From: Thermoplasmata archaeon
Lineage (GTDB): Archaea; Thermoplasmatota; Thermoplasmata; Lutacidiplasmatales; UBA184
Length of the DNA: 64,000 nt
NCBI GenBank assembly: GCA_035622275.1
Contig: DASPVQ010000001.1
Location: 10,607-74,606 of the forward strand
Reading direction: 5' to 3'
In this document: one piece after another, positions 39,763 to 49,260 of the stretch
Layout: each line of letters begins with the position of its first letter
Numbering within the stretch: position 1 is the stretch's first letter
Program-made: the position numbers and the translations under genes
Notes under the pieces: generated by a model
Told to the model about the DNA's origin: nothing
Seen by the model: only the letters and a program-made list of their open reading frames with translations
Database searches by the model: none

Positions 39763-40358
39763 GCGAGCCTTGCCGCGCATTCGTGCTTCTCGGGCATGCC
39801 TCGCGATTCCCCGAAAAGTTCGACCGACGCATCGAAGGAGTTCGCATCGTGGACCGGGTGTGCGCCCGCCTCTCGGACGCCGACTTCGAGCCGGCGTTGG
39901 TCTCGGTCCGCCCCCGCCCCGACAGTGACGTGCCGGTCCTCCTCGACCGCTACGACCGGGGGCCGCTCGGGGCCGTGCGAACCATCACCGAGGCGCGGGC
40001 GGGACCGTTCCTGCTCGTCGGCGGTGACATGCCCTTCCTGTCGGTCGCGGATCTGCGGGGCCTGCGGGAGCGGTACCGGCCGGGCACGTCGGTCGTTCCC
40101 CGATGGGCCGATGGTGCTCTCGAAGTGCTCCACGCCGTCTATGATATCACCCCGCCGCGGGCGGCCCGCGCCTGGGAGCGGGGCGCGTCGCTGCGGGACC
40201 TCGCGCGGAGCGAGCCGGGGGCGCTGTTCCCGGCTGCCGAGGAGTTCGACCCGTACACGTTCATCGACATCGACACGCCGGCCGACTGGGAGCGCTGGCG
40301 CGACGGGCCCCGGCGCGCCGGTTCCACGGACGCCGGAACCCGCCCCGCTCGCCGCTAG
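39759..40358 (+). CDS. mobA: MobA-like NTP transferase (degenerate N-terminal motif)
   Basis: GPLGAV, LVGGDMPFL, EVLHAVY, FIDIDTPADW; Moco gene context. Confidence 0.8.
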   Translation: MSEPCRAFVLLGHASRFPEKFDRRIEGVRIVDRVCARLSDADFEPALVSVRPRPDSDVPVLLDRYDRGPLGAVRTITEARAGPFLLVGGDMPFLSVADLRGLRERYRPGTSVVPRWADGALEVLHAVYDITPPRAARAWERGASLRDLARSEPGALFPAAEEFDPYTFIDIDTPADWERWRDGPRRAGSTDAGTRPARR

Positions 40359-40388
40359 GGTTATCTCTCCCCTCCCGTCGAACCGCCA

Positions 40389-43300
40389 GTGCCGAGCGCC
40401 GAACCCGAGACCGGCGGGACCCGGATCTTCGGCGGTCTCGCGCGGGGCATCCTGCGCCACCCGTGGTACCCGATCCTCTTCTGGATCGTCCTCCTCATCG
40501 TCGCGATCCCGTTCCTCTCGCTGATCGGCTCGATCACCACGAACTCGACCGAGTCGACGCCGACGAACTCCCCGAGCGCCGTCGCCAGCGCCGAGCTCGC
40601 TCGGCTCTTCCCGAACTCGACGAGCGGAGCCGCGAGCACGATCCTGCTCGTGGGTCCGAACATGACCGACGCGAACGCCCAGCGCGTCGTCCTCAACATC
40701 ACCGCGGCGCTGAACGGGGATCGCTCGCTCACCGATATCGACTCGGTCGCCAACGTCTACTCCGGCTACACCAGCTATCTCACCGGTCAGGCACAGCTGG
40801 CGCTCGGCGTTATCGAGGGCGGCCTGGACGAGAGCCCGCCCGTGCCGGTCGCCGTGAATGAGTCCGCCGCGTTGCTCTGGGGCCCGCCCGCCACGTACGT
40901 GGCGGCGTGGACCACGGAGGTGGGCGGGGGCGCGGGGGCCCCCGCCGCGAACTACCCGGCGTACGTCGCGGCCCGTGCCCAGCTGGGGAGCGACACGCCG
41001 GCGCTCGCCGTGCTCGGGGCGTTCTACTACGGTGCGAGCGGCGCCGCCGGGTTCAACAACTCCTCGGCCTGCTGGACGCTCGCGGAAGTCGTGGCGTGCT
41101 CGGACGCCGTCGCGCGGGCGACCGTGGCCGGACTCGTGCCGACCCTGTTGCCCGATCCGAGTCTCGGGGCGACGGTGCTCGGTACGCTCGGGATCGAGAA
41201 CTTCACGAGCTGGTCGGCCGTTCGCACGACGACGTCGATCGCGCTCGGCGCCGGCGCGGGGCTCGCGGGCACGTGGATCGCGACGGTCTGGGAGGCGTTC
41301 CCGGCGCTCGCCCCCCCACCCGGCGCCCTGGCGAGCTGGACCGCGGGTCTCGTCGCGAACGCGACCCTCGCCGCCGAGCCGCTACCGGTGCCGTATGCGA
41401 TCCGCTCGCCGTTCGTCGATCCCAGCGGGACCGCCCAGATCATCCAGGTCACCTTCACGGTCAGCGACTCGACCACGAATGCCTCGGGCGGAATGCCGGT
41501 CTACGCGGACCTCGGTCGGATCGACGACCTGGTGCCGGCCGTGCTGGCCGCGTCGGACCCGACGCACTCAATCACCTACTACCAGACGGGCTCGGCGCCC
41601 CTCGACCTGCTGACGCAGACCGCCGTGAGCTCCTCGATCTCCCTCGTCCTGCCGCTGACGGTCGGACTGCTGCTCGTCATCGCGATGCTCTACTTCCGCT
41701 CCCCGATGACCCCGATCGTCACGTTCGGGATCCTCGGCGTCGCCCTGGTCCTCGGGCTGGGCGGCACCGTCCTCATCGGCGAGCTCGTGACCCACGTCGA
41801 CACCACCTCGCTCACCCTCGAGGAGGTGTTCGTCCTCGGCGTGGGGACCGACTACTCGGTCTTCATGGTCGCCCGGTACCGCGAGGAGCTGGTCCGCGGC
41901 CGCAGCTCCGACGAAGCGATCGTCGCGTCGTTGTCCTGGGCCGGCCAGTCGGTGGCCACGAGCGGATCGACCGCGATCATCGCCACCCTCGCGCTCACGT
42001 TCAGCGGCGTCGCCCTGCTCGCGCAGTGGGGCGCGGTCCTGTCGCTCGCGATCCTGATCACCGTGCTCGTCTCGCTGACGATGGTGCCGGCCTGCCTCAA
42101 GCTGGTCGGGCCGCGCATCTTCTGGCCGACGACCGGCGAGCGTTTCCGACGTCGCGCCGCGCTCGTCGCCGAGCGCAACCGCACGGAGCAGACGTACTTC
42201 TACCGGGCCGGTCGCGCGACGCAGCGCCACCCGGCCCTGACGGTGGGCGGCATCCTCGCGCTGTCGGTCCCGTTGATCCTGATCGCGCTCCAGGTGCCCC
42301 TCTCCTACGACTTCTATCAGCAGCTCCCGGGCGGCCACCCCGCCACCGAGGGCCTGGACGAACTCGGCGAGCACTTCGGTCCCGGCTTCGCGGTCCCCTC
42401 GTTCGCGCTCGTGACGTTCTCGGCGCCGCTGCGCGTGGGCACGGCCACGAACGCGACGGAGTTCACCGACCTCGCGGCACTGACGGCCATCGCCAATTCG
42501 ACCCCGGGCATCGCCCACGTCGCCTCGCCGGTCGGCCCCGGGGGAGCGTCGCTGTCCGAGTGGCTCGCGCTGCCCACGCTCCCGAGCGCCACCCAGCAGA
42601 ACCTGATCGGCCTGCTCGCGGGCTACGTCGGCACCGACGGACGCACCGTGCTGCTCTCGCTCCAGCCGTCGGCGACCGGCCTCTCCGTCGGGGCCGTGAG
42701 CGCGATCGATGCCGTGCGATCCGGCTTCGCGGGCTACGCGGCCGGCCACCCGGAGGTCGCGTCGGTCGCCTACGGGGGGGGAGCGCCGACGATCAGCGAC
42801 CTCGCGACGGAGACCGCGACCGCGACCGACTACCTCGTCATCGCCGTGTCGATCGGACTGTTGCTCGTGCTCCTGGTCGTGCTGCGCTCCTGGATCATCG
42901 CGCTGATGGCGATCGCGACGATCGGGATCTCCATCAGCTGGGCGTGGGCGATCACCTACCTCGTCTTTCAGGGACTCCTCGGCTTCCCCCTGTTCTTCTA
43001 CGTTCGGACGATCCTGTTCATCCTGATCCTCGGCCTGGGCATCGACTACAACATCTTCCTGTTGACCCGGGTGCGGGAGGAACGGGTGCGGGGACGGACG
43101 GCCGGCGACGCGGCGGTCGAGGCGGTCGGAAGGACCGGCGGCATCATCACCGCGGCCGCCCTGATCCTCGCCTGCGCCTTCGGCGCTCTGCTCGTCGGGG
43201 AGTTCACGCTGATCCGGGCGATCGGGTTCTCCGTCGCCGTGGCGGTCATCCTGGACGCGATGGTCGTGCGGACCTACCTGGTCCCCGCCTCCCTCCAGTT

Positions 43301-43421
43301 GCTCGGGGAGCGGGTGTGGAGCCTCACCGGCCGCCGGCCGGGCGCTCCGGCGCCGACCCCGGCGGCCGCGGACCCGGCGCCGGCCGAGGCGGCCGGCCGC
43401 CCGGCGCCGCCTAGCTCCTGA
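40389..43421 (+). CDS. MMPL/RND superfamily transporter
   Basis: two TM repeats with GVGTDYSVF and GLGIDYNIF; TGGIITAAALI; large extracellular loops with many N-x-S/T sequons. Confidence 0.92.
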   Translation: MPSAEPETGGTRIFGGLARGILRHPWYPILFWIVLLIVAIPFLSLIGSITTNSTESTPTNSPSAVASAELARLFPNSTSGAASTILLVGPNMTDANAQRVVLNITAALNGDRSLTDIDSVANVYSGYTSYLTGQAQLALGVIEGGLDESPPVPVAVNESAALLWGPPATYVAAWTTEVGGGAGAPAANYPAYVAARAQLGSDTPALAVLGAFYYGASGAAGFNNSSACWTLAEVVACSDAVARATVAGLVPTLLPDPSLGATVLGTLGIENFTSWSAVRTTTSIALGAGAGLAGTWIATVWEAFPALAPPPGALASWTAGLVANATLAAEPLPVPYAIRSPFVDPSGTAQIIQVTFTVSDSTTNASGGMPVYADLGRIDDLVPAVLAASDPTHSITYYQTGSAPLDLLTQTAVSSSISLVLPLTVGLLLVIAMLYFRSPMTPIVTFGILGVALVLGLGGTVLIGELVTHVDTTSLTLEEVFVLGVGTDYSVFMVARYREELVRGRSSDEAIVASLSWAGQSVATSGSTAIIATLALTFSGVALLAQWGAVLSLAILITVLVSLTMVPACLKLVGPRIFWPTTGERFRRRAALVAERNRTEQTYFYRAGRATQRHPALTVGGILALSVPLILIALQVPLSYDFYQQLPGGHPATEGLDELGEHFGPGFAVPSFALVTFSAPLRVGTATNATEFTDLAALTAIANSTPGIAHVASPVGPGGASLSEWLALPTLPSATQQNLIGLLAGYVGTDGRTVLLSLQPSATGLSVGAVSAIDAVRSGFAGYAAGHPEVASVAYGGGAPTISDLATETATATDYLVIAVSIGLLLVLLVVLRSWIIALMAIATIGISISWAWAITYLVFQGLLGFPLFFYVRTILFILILGLGIDYNIFLLTRVREERVRGRTAGDAAVEAVGRTGGIITAAALILACAFGALLVGEFTLIRAIGFSVAVAVILDAMVVRTYLVPASLQLLGERVWSLTGRRPGAPAPTPAAADPAPAEAAGRPAPPSS

Positions 43422-43851
43422 GGAACGCCGCGCGCGCCCGGGCGATGTGCTCCTCGGGCGACGACGAGTCGACGACGTCGATCACCCGGCCGCCCGCGTC
43501 GATCAGGAAGGTGACGCGACGGGCCGAGCCCCGGGGGCCGAGCACCCCGTAGCGACCGGCCACGTCCTTGGACGTGTCCGCGATCAGCGGGAACGGGAGC
43601 CCGTACTTGTCGCGGAACGCCTTCTGGGCCGGGCAGTCGTCGATGCTCACCCCGACCACGTTCACCTTCTTCGCCTGGAACTCGCCGTAGACGTCCCGGA
43701 ATCCCTTGGCCTCGATCGTGCAGCCGGGCGTGTCGGCCCGCGGATAGAAGTACAGGACGACCGGCGCACCCCGCAGTCCGGCCAGGTGGAACGGGCGGCC
43801 GTCGAAGTTCGGCGCGGTGAAGTCCGGGGCGGTCTCTCCGATGGCGACCAT
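43411..43851 (-). CDS. bcp: peroxiredoxin Bcp/PrxQ
   Basis: APDF, VLYFYPRADTPGCTIEA, RVTFLID. Confidence 0.93.
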   Translation of the reverse strand: MVAIGETAPDFTAPNFDGRPFHLAGLRGAPVVLYFYPRADTPGCTIEAKGFRDVYGEFQAKKVNVVGVSIDDCPAQKAFRDKYGLPFPLIADTSKDVAGRYGVLGPRGSARRVTFLIDAGGRVIDVVDSSSPEEHIARARAAFLRS

Positions 43852-43904
43852 CGCGCGCCCATCGGAGCGAGCGTATTTGAGCGGTGCCGGCGGGCCTGAC
43901 GTCC

Positions 43905-44141
43905 CTAGGCGCTGGAGACCGTGACGAGAGTCTCGGTCGACTTGATGCCAGGGATCGAGCGGATCTTGTGGACGACGGTGTCGAGCGCCTCGTTGATGCG
44001 GGGCGCCTGGACCTTGACGATGAGATCGAACGGGCCCGTGACCGCCTGGACCTCCGTGACGCCGGGAACCGCCCGCATGCGCCGCAGCACGTCCTCGAGC
44101 CGCCCGATCTCGATCTCGACCAGGAGGTACAGTGTCTCCAC
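43905..44141 (-). CDS. stand-alone Lrp/AsnC ligand-binding domain protein
   Basis: VTGPFDLIVKV..KIRSIPGIKSTETL; 78 aa, no HTH. Confidence 0.88.
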   Translation of the reverse strand: METLYLLVEIEIGRLEDVLRRMRAVPGVTEVQAVTGPFDLIVKVQAPRINEALDTVVHKIRSIPGIKSTETLVTVSSA

Positions 44142-44269
44142 CGGCCCATCCTCGCCGGGCGGCGAATGGGGCGCCCTTCATCAAGCTAGCGCGCCGGCGG
44201 GCCGGAGCCGCCGCGTCCCCGGCCGGCGTGTCCCAAAGTCTTAAGGGCGGCGCGGGACCGACGGGAGCG

Positions 44270-45487
44270 ATGGAACTGCGCCTGCCCGACACGCTCACGG
44301 GTCGGCGGCGGCCGGTGCCTCACCTCCCCGGCCGGGGGGTCACGCTCTACGTCTGCGGTCCGACCGTCTACGACCGCGCGCACGTCGGGCACGCACGGAC
44401 CTACCTCTACTTCGACATCGCCCGCCGCTTCCTGGAGGCCGAGGGGCTGCGCGTACGCCACGTCATGAACATCACCGACTTCGAGGACAAGATCGACGCG
44501 CGCGCGCGCGAGCTCGGGATGAGCTGGCGGGCGCTCGCCGGGCGCGAGGAGCGCCGATTCCTGCGCGACCTCCGCGCGCTCGGAATCCGCCTGCCCGGTC
44601 GGTGCCCGCGCGCGAGCGCGTTCGTGCCGCAGATGATCCGGGTCGGGCGGCAGCTCGAGCGGACGGGCCGGGTCCGCGCCGAAGGGGACGAGCAGATCTA
44701 CTCGCCGCCGCCTCGGCCGCCGGGCACGAACTTCTCCACGGACCGTCAGCTCGCGAGCCACGCGGTCGCCGAGCCGGGCCACCCGTTCCCGTCCACGGGG
44801 GCCGGCGTCGGCGAGTTCATGATCTGGCGGCGACAGGGCCCGCCCAAGCCGTCGTGGCCCAGCCCGTGGGGACGCGGCGTGCCCGGCTGGCACCTCGAGT
44901 GCTACGCGATGGCCCAGCGGTACCTCGGCCTGCCGGTCGACCTGCACGGAGGCGCGATCGACCTGATCTACCCGCACCACTACGCCGAGAACGAGATCGC
45001 GCTCGCCCTGCGGGGCACCCGATTTTCCCGGGTCTTCCTCCACACCGGCTTCGTGCTGCTCGACGGCGCGAAGATGTCGAAGTCGGTGGGCAACCTCGTG
45101 CCGTTGCGAACCGCCCTCGACCAGGTCGGGCCGGGCCCGCTGCGCTGGTACCTGCTCGGCACGCCCCTTTCGAAGCGACTCGCGTGGGATCCACGGGCCC
45201 TGGCCCGGGCGCAGGCGGAGTTCCGGACGGTCCGCCGCGCCGTGCGTTCGTTCGTCCGGGCTGTACCGTCCGGTCGCGGCCGTTCGGCGTCCGTTCGCGC
45301 GCTGTCGGAGGGGATCCGTCGGGATCTCGCGTCGGGGCTCGCGGTCGAGCGTGCCTACGATCGGCTCCGCCGCTGGGCCGCGCGGCGACCGCGAGGCGCC
45401 GGCGGGCGAGCCGCGCCCGGCGAGCGGTCGGCCGCCCGGGCCGCGCTCCTCGATATCCAGGAACGGACCGGACTCCCGCTGCTCTAG
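44270..45487 (+). CDS. cysteine-tRNA ligase-like protein lacking the C-terminal anticodon-recognition domain (CysRS/MshC family)
   Basis: YVCGPTVY, HVGH, NITDFEDKI, SPWGRGVPGWHLEC, HGGAIDLIYPHH, KMSKS; 405 aa. Confidence 0.85.
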   Translation: MELRLPDTLTGRRRPVPHLPGRGVTLYVCGPTVYDRAHVGHARTYLYFDIARRFLEAEGLRVRHVMNITDFEDKIDARARELGMSWRALAGREERRFLRDLRALGIRLPGRCPRASAFVPQMIRVGRQLERTGRVRAEGDEQIYSPPPRPPGTNFSTDRQLASHAVAEPGHPFPSTGAGVGEFMIWRRQGPPKPSWPSPWGRGVPGWHLECYAMAQRYLGLPVDLHGGAIDLIYPHHYAENEIALALRGTRFSRVFLHTGFVLLDGAKMSKSVGNLVPLRTALDQVGPGPLRWYLLGTPLSKRLAWDPRALARAQAEFRTVRRAVRSFVRAVPSGRGRSASVRALSEGIRRDLASGLAVERAYDRLRRWAARRPRGAGGRAAPGERSAARAALLDIQERTGLPLL

Positions 45488-46689
45488 AGTCCCGCTCGAT
45501 CGACGGCCAGGCTGAGGCCGTTGCCGCCCCCCATGCAGAGCGTGGCCAGTCCGAGCTGGGTGCGGGACCGGACGAGCTCGTGGACCAGGCTCACGACGAT
45601 CCGAGCACCGCTCGCGCCGATCGGGTGACCGAGCGCGACCGCCCCGCCGTGGACGTTGAACTGCTCCTCGGTGAACCCGAACGTCCGCTGGACGGCGAGC
45701 GACGCCGATGCATAGGCCTCGTTGTGCTCCACCCGGTCGAACGACGCCGGACCGAGGCCGGTCCGGCTGAAGTGCTTGCGGAGGGTCGGGATCGGCGACT
45801 CCATGACGTCGCGGGGGTGGACCCCGCTCTCCGCGGCCGAGTGGATCCACGCGAGCGGCCGCGCCCCGCGTTCGCGGACCTCGCGGGCGCTGACGAGCAG
45901 GAGCGCGGCGGCACCGTCGGAGAGCTTGGAGGAGTTGCCGGCGGTCAGGACCCCGTCGGGTTGGAAGGCCGGCGGCAAGCGGGCGAGCTTCTCGAGCGTG
46001 GTGTCCGCGCGGGGGGCCTCGTCGTGGTCGAGTCCCGTCCCGCCCGGCGTGAGGCTGGGCGGCACGGCCTCGAGCTCGCTGCGGAACGTCCCCTCGGCCG
46101 TCGCCCGCGAGGCCCGAAGGTGGCTGCGCAATCCGAAGGCGTCGACCTCCGCGCGGGTGAGCCCGAACTTCCTCGCCACCCGTTCACCCGTGAGGCCCAT
46201 GATCTCGTGCTCGTCGTACGCGTCGATCAGGGCGTCCCGCTGCATGCCGTCGTCGAGCGTGTGGGGACCGGGCAGGCTGCCCCAGCGCAGCGCGCCCGGC
46301 AACAGGTACGGCGCCATCGACATGCTCTCCATGGCCCCGACGAGCACCCGGTCGAAGTCGCCGGCGCGGATCGCCGCGTAACCGAGGTGGATCGCCTTCA
46401 TTCCCGAGCCGCAGACCATGTTGATCGTCGCGGCGCCGACCTCGTCAGGGACCCCCGCCCCGCGCAGGACCTGTCGTGCCGGGTTCTGGCCGACGCCGGC
46501 CTGGATCGCCTGACCGAACAGCACCTCCTCCACCTCGCCGGCGGCGACGTCCGCCCGGGCCAGCGCCGAACGCGCCACGAGGGCGCCGAGGGCAGGGGCC
46601 GGCACAGCGCGCAGCGTCCCTCCGAACCGACCGATCGGGGTTCGGACGGCGGACAGGATGGCGACGCGATGCTCCGGCTCGCTCCCCAT
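45484..46689 (-). CDS. acetyl-CoA C-acetyltransferase (bacterial-type thiolase)
   Basis: RTPIG, NMVCGSG, NEAYA, GHPIGASG, LCMGGG; all catalytic motifs intact. Confidence 0.95.
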   Translation of the reverse strand: MGSEPEHRVAILSAVRTPIGRFGGTLRAVPAPALGALVARSALARADVAAGEVEEVLFGQAIQAGVGQNPARQVLRGAGVPDEVGAATINMVCGSGMKAIHLGYAAIRAGDFDRVLVGAMESMSMAPYLLPGALRWGSLPGPHTLDDGMQRDALIDAYDEHEIMGLTGERVARKFGLTRAEVDAFGLRSHLRASRATAEGTFRSELEAVPPSLTPGGTGLDHDEAPRADTTLEKLARLPPAFQPDGVLTAGNSSKLSDGAAALLLVSAREVRERGARPLAWIHSAAESGVHPRDVMESPIPTLRKHFSRTGLGPASFDRVEHNEAYASASLAVQRTFGFTEEQFNVHGGAVALGHPIGASGARIVVSLVHELVRSRTQLGLATLCMGGGNGLSLAVDRAGL

Positions 46690-46749
46690 GTTCGTTCGAT
46701 CTCGCGGAGGAAGGCCGGAGGTGGGCGGCGCGCCGCGGGAAGCGGTCCG

Positions 46750-47481
46750 TCAGTCCTCTTCCACGCGCGGCGCGAGCAGGTAGCGGCCGTCGCCCCGGCC
46801 CCCGCTCATGCCGAACTCCACCTTGAGCGGGTACTCGTTGCCGACGTGGAGGGTCGTCTCGTCCGCGGCGATGGACTTCACCATGGCGGAGAAGAAATCG
46901 AGCGGGTACATGCTCTTCACCGGCTCCTTCGCGTCGAGCCGGGTGAGGTTCTCCTTCGGGATCCTCAGGTCGAGACGGTCCGTCTCGCCCTCGGAGTGCA
47001 TCGTGAACGCCTCGGGATCGACGGTCAGCGTGACATGATCGGTGAAGCTCTCGCTGCCCCGGATGCCCTGGCGGAGGTCCTCGGTCTTGACCGTGACACT
47101 TGCCGGAGGGTTCACGTTCGGCACCTTCGGATCCGTGATGCCCGCGGGATCGACGACCGCCATCTGCCGCGTCACTCGGCCGATCGACGCGACGAGCCGG
47201 TTCTTGCCGTCGAACTGGAAGTCGATGATGTCGCCCGGCTTGGAGAGCCGGAGCACCTCCTTGAGCTTCTCGATGTCGACGCCGATCTCCGTGGGTTCGC
47301 CCGTGAATTCCTCGAACACCGTCTTCTGCAGCTTGAGGACCAGCATGGCGACGTGGGACGGGTCGACCGCCTTGGCCTCGAGACCGTCCTTGGAGATCCC
47401 CAGCTTCACCTCGCTCACGAGGGTCGAGACGACCTCGACCACCTCGCGGAGGTTCTCCATCTTCATGCGGAGCTTGAACAT
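46750..47481 (-). CDS. pcn: DNA polymerase sliding clamp PCNA
   Basis: AVDPSHVAM, IGVDIEKL, SMYPLDF, EYPLKVEF, YLLAPRVE. Confidence 0.96.
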   Translation of the reverse strand: MFKLRMKMENLREVVEVVSTLVSEVKLGISKDGLEAKAVDPSHVAMLVLKLQKTVFEEFTGEPTEIGVDIEKLKEVLRLSKPGDIIDFQFDGKNRLVASIGRVTRQMAVVDPAGITDPKVPNVNPPASVTVKTEDLRQGIRGSESFTDHVTLTVDPEAFTMHSEGETDRLDLRIPKENLTRLDAKEPVKSMYPLDFFSAMVKSIAADETTLHVGNEYPLKVEFGMSGGRGDGRYLLAPRVEED

Positions 47482-47580
47482 CCGAAACCTCGGCGCGCGA
47501 CACAACGGCCCCCCTAAAAAGCCTTCTTCGCCGCCGCCGACGGAGCAACGCGTTTCCGCACCGGAGCCTGGCCGCGAGAG

Positions 47581-48339
47581 ATGACCGAGCTCGCGTATCT
47601 CCCCGACATGCCGGCCGCCTACGTGCGCGACTTCCGCGCGCGGATCACCGCGCTCCCGCCCGGGGGGGTGGTGCTCGAGCGCACCTACTTCTATCCGACG
47701 GGGGGCGGCCAGCCGGCCGACCACGGCGAGCTGCGGGCGCCGGGCGGTCGGCCGCTCGCAGTGGTCGACGTCACGAAGTCCGGGCCGGCGGTGGTCCATC
47801 GACTGTCGGGGCCGCTCGAGGCGATGCGGGCGCTGAGCGTCGGCGGCGAGGTCGAGGCGCGGATCGACTGGGAGCGCCGGTACCGGCACATGCGACTGCA
47901 CACCGGACAACACCTGCTCAGCGCCTGCATCTACCGGCGGTGCGGCGTGCGCACGCTCCGGGCGGCCCTCGCCGGCGCCGGCGCGACGCTCGACCTGGAA
48001 CGCCCGCTCCCGCCGGAGGCGCGCGAAGCGCTCGAGGGGGACGTGCGAGAGGCCATCGAAGCGTCACGACCCGTCTCGATCCGCAGCCTTCCCCGCGGGG
48101 AGTGGGACGCCCAGCCCGACGCCGGCCGCTCCGGACTCGTGCCGCTCGCGCCCCAGGTCGATCCGGTCCGGGTGGTCGTCATCGACGGGACGGATCAATG
48201 CCCGTGCGGAGGCACGCACGTCCGCTCGACCGGAGAGATCGGGGGCCTCCGGCTGCGTCCGTTCGCGCCGAGGCCCGATGGCGCCGTGCGCGTCGCCTTC
48301 AGCCTGGAGGGGGGCGCGCCTTCCACTCCGAGCGAGTGA
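47581..48339 (+). CDS. alaXM: alanyl-tRNA editing protein AlaX-M
   Basis: TYFYPTGGGQPAD, MRLHTGQH, CGGTHV. Confidence 0.92.
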   Translation: MTELAYLPDMPAAYVRDFRARITALPPGGVVLERTYFYPTGGGQPADHGELRAPGGRPLAVVDVTKSGPAVVHRLSGPLEAMRALSVGGEVEARIDWERRYRHMRLHTGQHLLSACIYRRCGVRTLRAALAGAGATLDLERPLPPEAREALEGDVREAIEASRPVSIRSLPRGEWDAQPDAGRSGLVPLAPQVDPVRVVVIDGTDQCPCGGTHVRSTGEIGGLRLRPFAPRPDGAVRVAFSLEGGAPSTPSE

Positions 48340-48850
48340 CGCCGTAGACGAGCACGTCGTGCCACCGACCGTGGTGGAAGAGCGCGGAGCGCAGCAGGCC
48401 CTCGCGCCGGAGGCCGAGGCCCTCGAGCAGTCGGAACGACGGGACGTTCTCCACGTCGCAGGTCGCACCCACCCGCTCGACGGAGGTGGTCGCGAACAGG
48501 TGGCCGACCAGCAGACCGACCGCCTCGCGACCGTAGCCCTTCCCGCGGGTCGCGCGGTCGCCGAGCACGTACCATACGTCGAGGTACTCGAGCACCGGAT
48601 GCGCCCGGTAGTATCCCACAAACCCGATCGGGCCGGGTCGCTCGCGGCGTTCGACAACGAATCGGGGCGCGAGGGACGCCGAGTCCGACGCGGCGGACTC
48701 GACCGCGGCGACGAAGGTATCGAGCGTATCGACCTCGAAGCGGTCGAACGGCGCGACGATCTCGGGGTCGTTGTACCAGGAGAACAGCAGCGGGTACTCT
48801 GCGGCGGCGAGCGGCCGGAGCCGGACGGCCGGACCCTCGAGCACCACCAT
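48299..48850 (-). CDS. GNAT acetyltransferase, RimJ/RimL type
   Basis: RGKGYGREAV, NVPSFRLLEGLG..EGLLR, WHDVLVYG. Confidence 0.9.
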   Translation of the reverse strand: MVVLEGPAVRLRPLAAAEYPLLFSWYNDPEIVAPFDRFEVDTLDTFVAAVESAASDSASLAPRFVVERRERPGPIGFVGYYRAHPVLEYLDVWYVLGDRATRGKGYGREAVGLLVGHLFATTSVERVGATCDVENVPSFRLLEGLGLRREGLLRSALFHHGRWHDVLVYGVTRSEWKARPPPG

Positions 48851-48858
48851 CGCGGCGC

Positions 48859-49242
48859 TCAGACGCTCGTCGCGCCGTCCCGTGTGCCCCGGGCCGCCCC
48901 GCTCTCCGAGCCGTCGGGCGGGGCCTCGGAGTCGTCGGGGATCGCGCCGGTCAACTCGCGCAGATGCTCGAGCGCCTTGCGATGGCCGGTGGGCGTCAGC
49001 GAGAAGACATGCTTCGGCTCGGAGTAGCCGACCACGTACTGCGTTCGCCGAAACACCATCCGCGACATCTCGAGCGAGCGCAGCGCGTTCTTCAGCGTCG
49101 CCGGGTCCTCGTTCGAGAACTTCCGCGCGATGCCGAACTCGGTCGTCCACTGGTCCGCCTCGAAGCGGATCTGCTGGCCGCGATGCTCGAGGAGATGGAG
49201 CAGGAGGGAGCGCTCGAGCCGCTCGAGATCCTGCTCTGCCAT
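48859..49242 (-). CDS. hypothetical protein, winged-helix-like
   Basis: LKNALRSLEMSRMV..FSLTPTG pattern; operon-like spacing. Confidence 0.7.
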   Translation of the reverse strand: MAEQDLERLERSLLLHLLEHRGQQIRFEADQWTTEFGIARKFSNEDPATLKNALRSLEMSRMVFRRTQYVVGYSEPKHVFSLTPTGHRKALEHLRELTGAIPDDSEAPPDGSESGAARGTRDGATSV

Positions 49243-49260
49243 CTCCCGTCCGGCCGGCGA

